64,000 bases of DNA, from the NCBI RefSeq assembly GCF_009914755.1, contig NC_060927.1. One strand, written 5' to 3'. Positions within the stretch are counted from its first letter, which is position 1. Every line of letters starts with the position of its first letter. The stretch comes from the human T2T-CHM13v2.0 reference genome, Homo sapiens. Under the pieces are notes generated by a model. That model saw only the letters and a program-made list of their open reading frames with translations. It ran no database searches and was not told where the DNA came from. The position numbers and the translations under genes are program-made. Shown piece after piece: positions 27,156 to 40,299 of the stretch.

Positions 27156-29173
27156 TTACTTATCTGAGCTTTTTATTCTGAAAACCAATTTGAGGTCTAT
27201 GACAGGTTCACAAGTGTATGCTGCAGAGGTGTTCTCTGGGAGCTCCTGGGCTTTGTTCACTCTGGAGTGATGGATCCAGGGAGTTATTCCCTGGAGTTTA
27301 AGGGAATAATTTGTAGTTAGAAGAGTTAGGCAGGGCCCTATCTTTATGGGGCTGAGTTGATCCTGGGGGAACATTCTCTTCCAGGTCTTGAGCTGTACCC
27401 AGTCCCCTGGGTTGTATGAGTGAAATTTTCCCTTGGAGGGGACTGTGAGGCTTAGGTTGCCAAAAGGGTTAAAGAGCAGCTACCATGAAACCCAAATGAA
27501 TGATGTGCTTTTGTGTCTCTTTCTATATCCTCGTCTGGGCAAGAAAGGCAGCTGGTCAGGCCCAGATAAGGCCTTTCACATAACATTTCAAAGCGCTAAG
27601 TCCCACTTTGCCTCTAGGTGCTGCTTGTATGTGGACCAAAGTTATGTATAATAGCTTCAACCAGTTTTCTTTGGCTTCCTGACATAACCTGGCTAAAGTA
27701 CCCTTGAGAATTCTATTAGCCCTTTAAGTCTTCCCTGAGAATTGTGGTCTCCAGGCAGCATACAACTTCCATTGTTTGCCCAAGACATGGGAAGTTTTTG
27801 CCACTAAGTTAGAAGTAAATAAGGACCCATTATCCTTCTGGATGTACCTAGGAAGACTGAATGGAGGGATAGTGTTTGTAAGTAAAGCCTTTATGACTTT
27901 TCCTGACTTTTTGGTCCAGCATAGAAAAGCCTCTATCCAAACGGTAAGGATATTAACAAGTACCAAGGACTATTTAAATCCTCCAGGAACCATAGGCCTA
28001 AGAGTGAAGTCAACATGCCAGTCTTCCTTGGGCAGTTCCCCCTGAATTGTATCACTTTAGCAAAAGGAGGTATGGGAGGTCTGGTTTGGGCATTGTTTTT
28101 CTGACCATATAAATATTAGTTCATCACTTTGCCATTATTTCCTTGGGGTTCTCATTATGAGAAACCATGCATAGCCTGAGGAGTCAGGTGAATGTTTTAC
28201 AATAGCCCACCTCAGATTTTTGGGCACTCATATCCCACCACTCTTGCTTAGGGCCTACTGCACTGAGAGGGAACTGATGATATCCTCTTGTGTGACCTCC
28301 TACAATTCCCCAGGGGACACTTCAGCTTATATTTGTAAAGATGTACTGAAGAAAGCAAGGAAATTTGGAGGACCTCCCCTCTTCTTACAACTCTTTTAGT
28401 CACAGAATCTGCCAGGTTGTTCCCCATTAGTATTTCAGAGTCCCCATCTCATGACCCCAGCAATGGACTACAGTAATCTGTCTAGGCATTTCCATCACCT
28501 GCAGCATTGCCAATATTTCTATTGCATATTTGATTTCTACATTAGTGGCATTGAGAAGTCCCCTTGTCTTCCAGAATGCACCATAGGCATGGACCACAAA
28601 GAAAGTGTATTTTGTGTCTATGTGAACAAGTCAAGGACTTGTCCTTTCCTAGTGCTAGGGCTGTGGTTAAGACTATTATCTCAGCCTGTTGGGCTGAAGT
28701 CCCTTCAGGGAGGCCCTTAGGCTTGGTAGTTTCTTGTAGGGACACAACTGTGCATTCTGCCCTTCTTTGGCATCCTTCCTTGAACTGACTGCCATCTACA
28801 AGCCATATGTCTTCCGAACTAGGAAGAGGGTTGCTCTGCAAATCTTTTCTACTGATATATATTTCCTCTATGGTGGTGGAGCAGTCATGGATTAGGGTAT
28901 CCTTGGTAATGGGCATTAGGTTAACAGGGTTTAGGATTTGGCATATATGCAGCAGAAGTTGGGGGTGTACACCAGCAGGGCCCAATACTGCAGCATTCTG
29001 CTTCTTGTTAACCAGTGATGCCCCCTTGGCTTCCAATACACTTACTTGTCACTTGGTGGGAGACCTGAATTGTCAAATCTTGGCCCATTGTGAACTCTCA
29101 GCTTCCTGGGTAAGTGTACAAGTGGCAGCCACTGCCATAGTACAGGGGGATCACCCTCTTGCAATACCATTAA
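27156..29173 (-). pseudogene. Degenerate ERV1 pol (connection domain, RNase H, integrase)
   Basis: RNase H WLVDGS...TSAQQAEI; integrase IQKDNGSLFTS and AAWRPQFSGK; C-terminal LKLQGITPWIHHSRV; stops and frameshifts throughout. Confidence 0.9.
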
Positions 29174-30435
29174 GTAGGTCACTAAGGACTTGCTTTATGA
29201 ATCTGGGTGCTCCTGTATTGGGTGCATATATATTTAGGATAGTTAGCTCTTCTTGTTGAATTGATCCCTTGACCATTATGTAATGGCCTTCTTTGTCTCT
29301 TTTGATCTTTGTTGGTTTAAAGTCTGTTTTATCAGAGACTAGGATTGCAACCCATGCCTTTTTTTGTTTTCCATTTGCTTGGTAGATCTTCCTCCATCCC
29401 TTTATTTTGAGCCTATGTGTGTCTCTGCACGTGAGATGGGTTTCCTGATTACAGCACACTGATGGGTGTTGACTCTTTATCCAATTTGCCAGTCTGTGTC
29501 TTTTAATTGGAGCATTTAGCCCATTTACATTTAAGGTTAATATTGTTATGTGTGAATTTGATCCTGTCATTATGATGTTAGCTGGTTATTTTGCTCATTA
29601 GTTGATGCAGTTTCTTCCTAACCTTGATGGTCTTTAAAATTTGGCTTGTTTTTGCAGTGGCTGGTACCAGTTGTTCCTTTCCATGTTTAGTGCTTCCTTC
29701 AGGAGCTCTTTTAGGGCAGGCCTGGTGGTGACAAAATCTCTCAGCATCTGCTTGTCTGTAAAGTATTTTATTTCTCCTTCACTTATGAAGCTTAGTTTGA
29801 TTGGATATGAAATTCTGGGTTGAAAATTCTTTTCTTTAAGAATGTTGAATATTGGCCCCCACTCTCTTCTGGCTCGTAGAGTTTCTGCTGAGAGGTCAGC
29901 TGTTAGTCTGATGGGCTTCTCTTTGTGGGTAACCCAACCTTTCTCTCTGGCTGCCTTTAACATTTTTTCCTTCATTTCAACTTTGGTGAATCTGACAATT
30001 ATGTATCTTGGAGTTGCTCTTCTCGAGGAGTATCTTTGTGGCGTTCTCTGTATTTCCTGAATTTGAATGTTGGCCTGCCTTGCTAGATTGGGGAATTTCT
30101 CCTAGATAATATCCTGCAGAGTGTTTTCCAACTTGGTTCCATTCTCCCTGTCACTTTCAGGTACACCAATCAGACGTAGATTTGGTCTTTTCACATAGTC
30201 CCATATTTCTTGGAGACTTTGTTCCTTTCTTTTTATTCTTTTTTCTCTAAACTTCTCTTCTCACTTCATTTCATTCATTTCATCTTCCATCGCTGATACC
30301 TTTTCTTCCAGTTGATCGCATCGGCTACTGAGGCTTGTTCATTTGTCACGTAGTTCTCATGCTGTGGTTTTCAGCTCCATCCGGTCCTTTAAGGACTTCT
30401 CTGTATTGGTTATTCTAGTTAGCCATTCCTCTAAT
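29174..30435 (-). mobile_element. L1PA (about PA4-6) ORF1 3' part and ORF2 endonuclease N-terminus; 3'-truncated
   Basis: ORF1 MKEKMLKAAREKG...QPLQK and ORF2 MTGSNSHITILTLNVNGLN...YAPNTGAPRFIKQVL. Confidence 0.95.
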
Positions 30436-31245
30436 GTGGAGCCAAGATGGCTGAATAGGAACAGCTGCAGTCTACAGCTCCCAGCATGAATGACGCAGAA
30501 GATGGGTGATTTCTGCATTTCCAACTGAGTTACCGGGCTCATCTCACTGGGGAGTGCCAGACAGTGGGTGCAGTGCACTGTGCATGAGCCAAAGCAGGGT
30601 GAGGCATCGCCTCACCGGGGAAGTGCAAGGGGTCAGGGAATTCCCTTTCCTAATCAAAGAAAGGGGTGACAGATGGCACCTGGAAAATCGGGTCAGTCCC
30701 ACCCTAATACTGTGCTTTTCCAACGGGCCTAACAAACGGCACACTAGGAGATTATATCCCGCACCTGGCTCGGAGGTTCCTATGCCCATGGAGCCTCGCT
30801 CATTGCTAGCACAGCAGTCTGAGATCAAACTGCAAGGCAGCAGCAAAGCTGGGGGAGGGGCACCCACCATTGCCAAGGCTTGAGTAGGTAAACAAAGCAG
30901 CGGGAAGCTCAAACTTGGTGGAGCCCACCACAGCTCAAGGCCTGCCTACCTCAGTAGGCTGCACCTTTAGGGGCAGGGCACAGACAAACAAAAGGCAGCA
31001 GTAACATCTGCAGACTTAAATTTCCCTGTGTGACAGCTTTGAAGAGAGCAGTGGTTCTCCCAGCATGCAGCTTGAGACCTGAGAACTGGCAGGCTGCCTC
31101 CTCAAGTGGGTCCCTGACCCCCAAGTAGCCTAACTGGGAGGCACCCCCAAGTAGGGGCAGATTGACACCTCACATGGCTGGGTACTCCTCTGAGACAAAA
31201 CTTCCAGAGGAACGATCAGGCAGCAGCATTTGCAGTTCACCAATA
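30436..31245 (+). mobile_element. L1PA 5'UTR (about the first 810 nt), inverted relative to its body; contains sense and antisense promoter regions
   Basis: L1 start gagccaagatggctgaataggaacagc with the YY1 motif aagatggc; ends gcagttcaccaata. Confidence 0.95.
30544..30870 (-). CDS. LINE-1 ORF0-like open frame (108 aa); expression unknown
   Basis: MVGAPPPALLLPCSLISDCCASNERGS...RVGLTRFSRC matches L1 ORF0 (MAGAPPPASLPPCSLISDCCASN...). ATG at 30868-30870. Confidence 0.55.
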   Translation of the reverse strand: MVGAPPPALLLPCSLISDCCASNERGSMGIGTSEPGAGYNLLVCRLLGPLEKHSIRVGLTRFSRCHLSPLSLIRKGNSLTPCTSPVRRCLTLLWLMHSALHPLSGTPQ

Positions 31246-31247
31246 AC

Positions 31248-31960
<713 letters not shown>

Positions 31961-33620
31961 TGTTTGACATTAACAGGCAATATGTCAGAAGGGACACAAT
32001 ATGTATTTGTGAGATGTCATTCACTTAAAGAAGTGTTCACAGATTCATTAAGTGTAAAACTGAATCATATGGAAACAATATGAGATTATAAAATAAATAT
32101 TAATGAACTATATTGCAGGAGACAGCAAATCGTTTATGGAAACCAAATGAAATGCTATGCCAATAAAAAACAGACAAGAATAAAGAGATAAAGTGCAAAA
32201 AAAGAACAAATGACTATAACATCACACATAGGCATTGGACTAAACTAATCAGGAAACTGAAATTATTATGAAGGATCAAAGCACAGGAAAGATGGTTTCT
32301 GCTCTACAGCGGTGCAGCAATTTGCTGTGTTATTTGCATTCCATGTATACTTGTTACCTATCTTACTATCTCACATTAAAACAAAATGTTCCCTAACATT
32401 TATCCATTTTGGGAACCATCAAGAAAAGACGAGGTCAGACTTATGACAGAGCATGTTTATAATTGCTGAAAACAAGATCAGGTATCTACTGAAATTTCAG
32501 GAATTTACATTGATACATCTTATAGCTGGTATCTAAGAAGATCATAAAATTAACAATTTTCTAGAAACATCTTTAAAAATAAATAAACTTCTTATAAACT
32601 GATATTTCCCCTTTTTCAAAGGCAAGTTTCAACATTGAGTTGGAAGTTTTGATCTGCATCTATGTCATCTGCTAATATCAGACAAATATCATCATTCTTA
32701 TAGGTGTGGCCACACATTTTTTTGGATTCAAAAGTTGTGCATATCAATTATTAAAATGTTTTAATTTTTTAAGTTGTAAAGAGAAGAAGTTTCCAATATT
32801 GTTTCTGGGTATGCTAATGAGATTACATTATTTATGACATGAAACAAATTATTAAGCAGCTTCACAAAAGACATAAGTCTTAGACCTTCCCTTAAAGTTT
32901 GAACTTTTCTCATTTACAAAATTACACTAATCCGGGGGACTAAAGTTTCCCAGGATATGCAAATTTCTGAATTCACTACACCATTATGTCATTTATTTCT
33001 ATGTTTCTATGTGTGCAATAGGCTTTCCTATAATAGTTTAGGCCACAACACCCACAGAACACAGATGTGTGCCTTTCTCAAAGTGAATGAGCTTAACCTG
33101 AAATGGCTTATGATTCATTCTGTTAATATCTGTGCAATTAGAGGAAGCAAAGCTACTTTTGGTTTTCCAGACTTAGCAGTAAAACTTATACTTTCGAAAC
33201 CCTTTCAATTTGGGAGCATATTAACCACTACATTTCTTTTAAGCCTGACTTAATCTCATCATCTACTTAATCCATAAGTTGTATTTCCTCATTGAGAGCC
33301 TCTTCTTTCTGCTTTAGCACTTCTACTGCCCTGCAAATACTGATTATCTCTCAGAGTCCCATGATGACATGACATTAATATGTTTGTTGTTTTAAAAAAA
33401 TCTCAAGTCATAGAAGAATTTTAAGTTCTGAAGTTTGTAGCAAAATTCAAAATGTCTTTTATAATGTATTTTCTCATTGTTGCTTTCATTTTTTGCTTTC
33501 AACACTATTTGGCACACTTTAATGATTTAATTCTGGTTGAGACTAGATTTGATTCTCTGATTTGACGCAGAATAAAATTCCTAACCCTATGAACTATCAA
33601 TGCTCTATGTTCTAGGACAT

Positions 33621-35159
33621 TGATAGAATAAATCAATGCTCTAGATACTGATGGGAAGGCTTCATAATCATGGCAGAATAGACTGATAGAATATATCAAT
33701 GCTGTAGATACTGATGGGAGGCTTCATAAACATGGCAGAATAGACTGATAGAATATATCAATGCTCTAGATACTGATGGGGAGCCTTCATATTCATAGCA
33801 GGATATACTGATAGAGTATATCAATGCTCTATACTGATGGGGAGGCTTCATAATCATGGCAGAATAGACTGATAGAATATATGAATGCTCTAGATACTGA
33901 TGGGGAGGCTTCATAATCATGGCAGAATAGACTGATAGAATATATGAATGCTCTAGATACTGAGGGGGAGGCTTCATAATCATGGCAGAATAGACTGATA
34001 GAATATATCAATGCTCTAGACACTGATGGGGGAGGCTTCATAATCATGGCAGAATATGCTGATAGAATATATCAATGCTCTAGATACTGATGGGGAGGCT
34101 TCATAATCATGGCAGAATAGACTGATAGAATATATCAGTGCTCTAGATACTGATGGAGAGGCTCCATATTCATAGCAGAATATACTGATAGAGTATATCA
34201 ATGCTCTAGATACTGATGGGGAGGCTTCATAATCATGGCAGAATAGACTGATAGAATATATCAATGCTCTAGACACTGATGGGGGAGGCTTCATAATCAT
34301 GGCAGAATAGACTGATAGAATATATCAATGCTCTAGACACTGATGGGGGAGGCTTCATAATCATGGCAGAATATGCTGATAGAATATATCAATGCTCTAG
34401 ATACTGATGGGGAGGCTTCATAATCATGGCAGAATACGCTGATAGAATATATCAGTGCTCTAGATACTGATGGGGAGGCTTCATATTCATAGCAGAATAT
34501 ACTGATAGAGTATATCAATGCTCTAGATACTGATGGGGAGGCTTCATAATCATGGCAGAATAGACTGATAGAATATATCAATGCCCTAGATACTGATGGG
34601 GAGGCTTCATAATCATGGCAGAATAGACTGATAGAATATATCAATGCTCTAGATACTGATGGGGAGGCTTCATAATCATGGCAGAATATGCTGATAGAAT
34701 ATATCAATGCTCTAGATACTGATGGGGAGGCTTCATAATCATGGCATAATATGCTGATAGAATATATCAGTGCTCTAGATACTGATGGGGAGGCTTCATA
34801 TTCATAGCAGAATATACTGATAGAGTATATCAATGCTGTAGATACTGATGGGGAGGCTTCATAATCATGGCAGAATAGACTGATAGAATATATCAATGCT
34901 CTAGATACTGATGGGGAGTCTTCATAATCATGGCAGAATAGACTGATAGAATATATCAATGCCCTAGATACTGATGGGGAGGCTTCATGTTCATGGCAGA
35001 ATAGACTGATAGAATATATCAATGCTCTAGATACTGATGGGGAGGCTTCATAATCATGGCAGAATATGCTGATAGAATATATCAGTGCTCTAGATACTGA
35101 TGGGGAGGCTTCATAATCATGGAAGAATATGCTGATAGAATATATCAGTGCTCTGGACA
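33621..35159. repeat. Minisatellite/VNTR, 63-bp unit, 24 full copies
   Basis: Unit aatgctctagatactgatggggaggcttcataatcatggcagaatagactgatagaatatatc, first full copy at 33635, unit lengths 61-64 bp. Confidence 0.97.
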
Positions 35160-36081
35160 ATAGTAAATATCTATCACAGGTTCAACAAATAAAAGCAGAG
35201 AGAAATTCAATCTGTAGCCCCAGATACAAGTTTTAACATTAACTTTTAAATTTGACTTTTTTGTCATGGAAAATTAATGTGCAAGAATAAAGAAGCCAGA
35301 GCTATTAAGAGAACTATCAAAGGTAAATCTCCTGAGAGGAAAAATACTGGATTAAAATATATTTGCCCAAATATATGCCTTTGAATAATGGCAACAAATA
35401 TAAAAATGTTGCATGGCTCAAGAATAATCTATAAACTTACCTTCCTTTTCTAATAATATACACCCAGAAGAAGCTATAAAAATAGTTACATATAGGGTAT
35501 TGGATAAATAACACTAATAATCTGAATATTTAAAATCCCTCGTTTATTCAAACATTTGTGAATTACAGAAATTCCTTGTTTATATCATTTACAAATAAAC
35601 TTTGAGTAAATGTCTCATATGACAAAGATTTCACTTAATATCTCCGGAAGCAGTCCCTACCTTTGTTGAACAGTTGTAACTATTATAATTTTACCAAATA
35701 TTATGAGATAATAACCCTTTTCTTATAATTTTCAATCATTGATTCTATTCCTACATCCCTGAAAAACACGAAAGGAGTTGGCTCCGATTTTACATGGTTA
35801 TTTTAAAAATATTTTGATAACTTTGATGTCTTTACATTTTCTTTGTCCTTCTAAATAAATTAGATTTCTTCAACCATCCATATATGTAGCACAGACTGTA
35901 GCTAACCAAATGAGTCTCTCTGGCTCTTAAGTACTCTTTTTTGTCAAATTTCATCTTAAAATGTGGTCTCAAAAATTGAATCAATATTTTATAAATTGCC
36001 TGATTAATTTGATATTCATGGTAAGGCAAAAGTAATTGGATTAACAACTAAGACCTTATGTGGATTTGCAATATAATTCTA

Positions 36082-36465
<384 letters not shown>

Positions 36466-36649
36466 TTATAGGGAAGAGATTTCTGATTATACAAATACTT
36501 TAAAAAATATTTTGTTTTGGTTGTGTAGGTGGAACCAGTACATTTGGTCTAACTCATTACCATTCTTCCTTTCACCTTTTTGCTGAAATAGAAATTTGCT
36601 CCTCCCCAGACACTGCTTTTTCCGCTTTTCTCTTGAGCCACGGAGGCTT

Positions 36650-38090
36650 TTGTTTTTCCTTCTACATCCTCCATACAACTTGTTCTTTATTTAGTTTCCT
36701 TTCCATCTCCCTAAAAACTCTCAGCTCCAAATCTTATGTTCCAACTTTCCCACATAGTGGCCAAGATCTGTGAACCTACTGTCATTTCTCAATTACTTAA
36801 GCTCCTGACACTCTATCTTATTTCTTTGTGATTAAAATAAACCCATAGATCACCCCTTCCACACCTTACCTCCTCAATTCCTTTTTTTATCTTATCTTAC
36901 CCTGCACCCTTTCTCAGCTATTCCTCCCTATGTTCATACTATAGAACTTCTCATTACCTATAACTACAGTTCTTCAAAATTTTAATTCCATGCATCTCAA
37001 CAACCACCAAATTTTATCTTTCAAACCAACTCTTTAGCACCTTGTATTAGTCCGTTTTCATGCTGCTGATAAAGATATACTGGGGACTGGGCAATTTACA
37101 AAAGAAAGAGGATTAATGGACTTACATTTCCAAATGTCTGGGGAGGCCTTATAATCATGGCGGAAGGCAAGGAGGAACAAGTCACATTGTACATGGATGG
37201 CAGCAGCCAAAGAGAGAGCCTGTGCAGGGAAACTCCCATTTTGAAAACCATCAGATCTTGTGAGACTTATTCACTATCATGAGAACAGTGCAGGAAAGAC
37301 CTTTCCCATAATTCAATCACCTCCCACAGGGTTCCTCCAATGACACATGGGAATTGTGGGAGTTATAATTTGTGATGAGATTTGGGTGGGGACACAGCCA
37401 AACCATATCACACCTGGTTCCAACCATCTTTACACTCCACTGAGATCTCTGATTTTGAATTTGTCACTCTTCTCTTCAATACCTCTCTCCTCTCCTTTTC
37501 CTGCTTAAATTTCATAGTCATTGTCACCATTTTTTTTGCATATACCATAGACTCTTGTCCCTGTATTACTTGGCTTTTCTCCATTGGCTTCAGATAAGTT
37601 AGAAGCCAATTATCTTCACAGTATATTCTTCCCCAGTTATGCACTCATCTATAGCTATAGCAACCTCCTTGCTATGTTCTTTGACAAGAAAGACATGCTC
37701 CAGCTCTGGGAGCAGGTCAGAGGAGCCTATTTGAGTTTGATTGTCTCTTCTGCTTTCAATGTGCTTCCAAAAGATATTTTTGTGGGCTCTTACCTCCTCC
37801 AAGTCTTCTTGTCTTCTTGTCACGTCTTCTTGTCACTGAAGTCTACACTGACCATTTACTTAAAATTTGCATCTACCTTTTGCCACCTCTATCTTGTTTT
37901 TTTTTAAACTGTTCCTTTTTTTATTCCTTTATTATAGAATATACATTTTTTGGCTTTTCTTCACTGGAATGTAAACACCATTAAGGCCATAAATATTATC
38001 AGCATATTTTTCTTTTTAAATATGTACCATGCACATAAGATATTACCCAATAATGAGGCATTTAATAATTATCCATTTACTGAATTAATG
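36650..38090 (+). mobile_element. L2 fragments, interrupted by THE1
   Basis: Pyrimidine-rich L2 body and 3' end (cactggaatgtaaacaccatt...tttactgaattaatg). Confidence 0.55.
37043..37410 (-). mobile_element. THE1B-like solo LTR
   Basis: tgtattagtccgttttcatgctgctgataaaga...gccaaaccatatca, with TSD cacct at 37038-37042 and 37411-37415. Confidence 0.95.
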
Positions 38091-40299
38091 GGTATTTAAA
38101 TAAGCATTATAAGGTTATGTCCCACTCATTTATTATTTTATGTTTTTTACATCTTCTAAACCAAATTCATCCTTAGGTAAATCTACAATGAACATGTTCT
38201 TTAAGAACAGAAATTAACATTCTCACATGTGTAAATATCTATTCTGGCTCTAGATGCTAACTTTTTAATTTAAAAGAAAAACACCACAAATGAGTCTTTT
38301 CCTTTGATATGACTGTCTTGGGTGACCAAGTTTTTTACCTAGTTATGCTGCCATATTTGGAATAAAAAAAAATCTGCTTTCGGAATCAATTTAAAAAGGT
38401 AATGAAGAAAAAAAGTCTCATAACTATATATTCACATTTTATTTCTTGACCATAAATTGTGCTATCCAATTTGATAACCCGTCTTATTCTTTATGTTTAA
38501 AACAACATCTGGTTTTTATCTAATTGAAAATCTACTCTTAAGGCATAATTATTTGCCACCATGTAAAATGTTCAAAAGAATGAGTAAGAGATTCGGAAGG
38601 CAATTCAAAATATACATCTCTGGAAATAGCAACATCATTTGAATGCATTTTTAGAAGAAACCCTCATTCGAATATTTGAAATTTGGAATGTTTGTTAAAA
38701 GATAAGTGTATAGATATACTCTGAATCCTCCACTGACCTCTAGATATAAGGCTCTTTCAATTTTTCAACAAGACAATAATGAGAAAATCAAGCAGGATCT
38801 CTCCTAATATTGTTCTCAGACAATAATATTGATAACAACGATTATAAAAGATGAACTTGATTTCTTTCTTTTGTAAAATCTCAATTTTAATTGTATATCC
38901 ACAGTTTCTTCTTTTCTTAAGTCTTCTCAACTACTAACATCCTGGAAATACTGGTTTCTGAAATTTTAAATATCTTAGTCATTTATTTTAAGTATGTGCT
39001 CTACAATCAATACTTACTGTTGTTCCTCATCTAATTCATCATAAATCTACTAATTATGTATATTTTGAGAATGCACATATAAGACAAATTTGTGACACAC
39101 TCTGACCCACAGATAGATTAGCACTTACTTTAGAAAGTATAAAATGAACAAATATCACACAATACATAAATTTATATTTTTATTATTTATTTCTTAATGA
39201 TCTACCTTTATAATTTATTCATTGTATATATGAATCTCCTTGGTACATACATCTCTGAAAGTCAAATCTTTCAGATTATTTAGAAAAAATAAAGATTAGA
39301 TGAAAAAATGTGAATCAATGTGCATTTTATATTGTCGGTGTTATACGTCTTATGTTTTCTTTTGTCTTTGAGCTTTCTCAACATTAACTTCCCAAGTCAT
39401 GAGTGTGTGGAACCAAACATATGTGACAGGATAAATTCAACAGTGTCTCTGTTTTTCAGGTGTATTTTAGTTATCTCTGTAAAATAAAAGTACACTATGA
39501 TGCTTTACCTAAGCAACTGTGGTATTTACTTCATAAACACATAATTCCATTCATGTGCCACGTATTTGTTTGGTGGATTCGTTTTCTATTGCTCAAATAC
39601 AAATTTCCACAAAACTAGAACTAAGTCTTTGTATTAGAAGCTCACTGAAAATAATTGAGGGTAACTATCTAGGTTTATTTAATCAATAGTCCCATTTCCT
39701 ATAAAATTCTAAGACTCTAAAGGATGTCACCTGTTTATGCCAAGCTGATTTCCTATGAGGTTAACAAGTGATTTTTATTCCCACAGAAATATCCCTGAAT
39801 TGGAAATTCAGAGGATGTCAATTTGACTTGGTAATAGTTTGGTTTGTTTAATGGTGTTTTGCTTATATATATCCTTTGTGATTTTTATTGTCAAAGATGA
39901 GTGACAGATAAGACGGTACGGGGTTTGAGCATGTTGGAAGTTTTATTTAAAGTGTGGGCCTTGTCACCTCACTTTTTACAGGAACTATTTAGGACAGCAG
40001 GTGACTTATGGAAGAATAAGGGGATGTCTGTTGAAGCCATTGTGAATGGATTTTCCATGTTTTTATTTATTTTCCAGAAAGTTTTTTTCCATATGGCATA
40101 ACTGGAAGGCTTCTTGTTTCAAACTCCACTAAGAGTTCTCTGTAGTTGGCTCCTACCTTAGTTATCCTACCTTAGTTATTGCCTCCTTCTTCTCAAGGAG
40201 GTTTTGAAATGTCTTTGAGTAAATGATCGGGAAGTCTGGTAGCCTTGGGTACTTGTAAATTTTAATAGATTTTATTATTTTCACATAACATATTTTATC

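Noticed and set aside
28807-29259. 150-aa plus-strand ORF across the L1/ERV junction
   Set aside because: It is the antisense shadow of pol and ORF2, with no independent support.
33621-35159. CRISPR-like array
   Set aside because: Units are contiguous near-identical repeats with no unique spacers, there are no cas genes, and the DNA is primate.
34333-35160. 275-aa ORF of 21-aa repeats (SRALIYSISLFCHDYEASPSV) as a protein gene
   Set aside because: It follows automatically from a 63-bp unit with no stop in one frame. It has a non-ATG start, 61/62/64-bp units break the frame, and there is no splice or promoter context.
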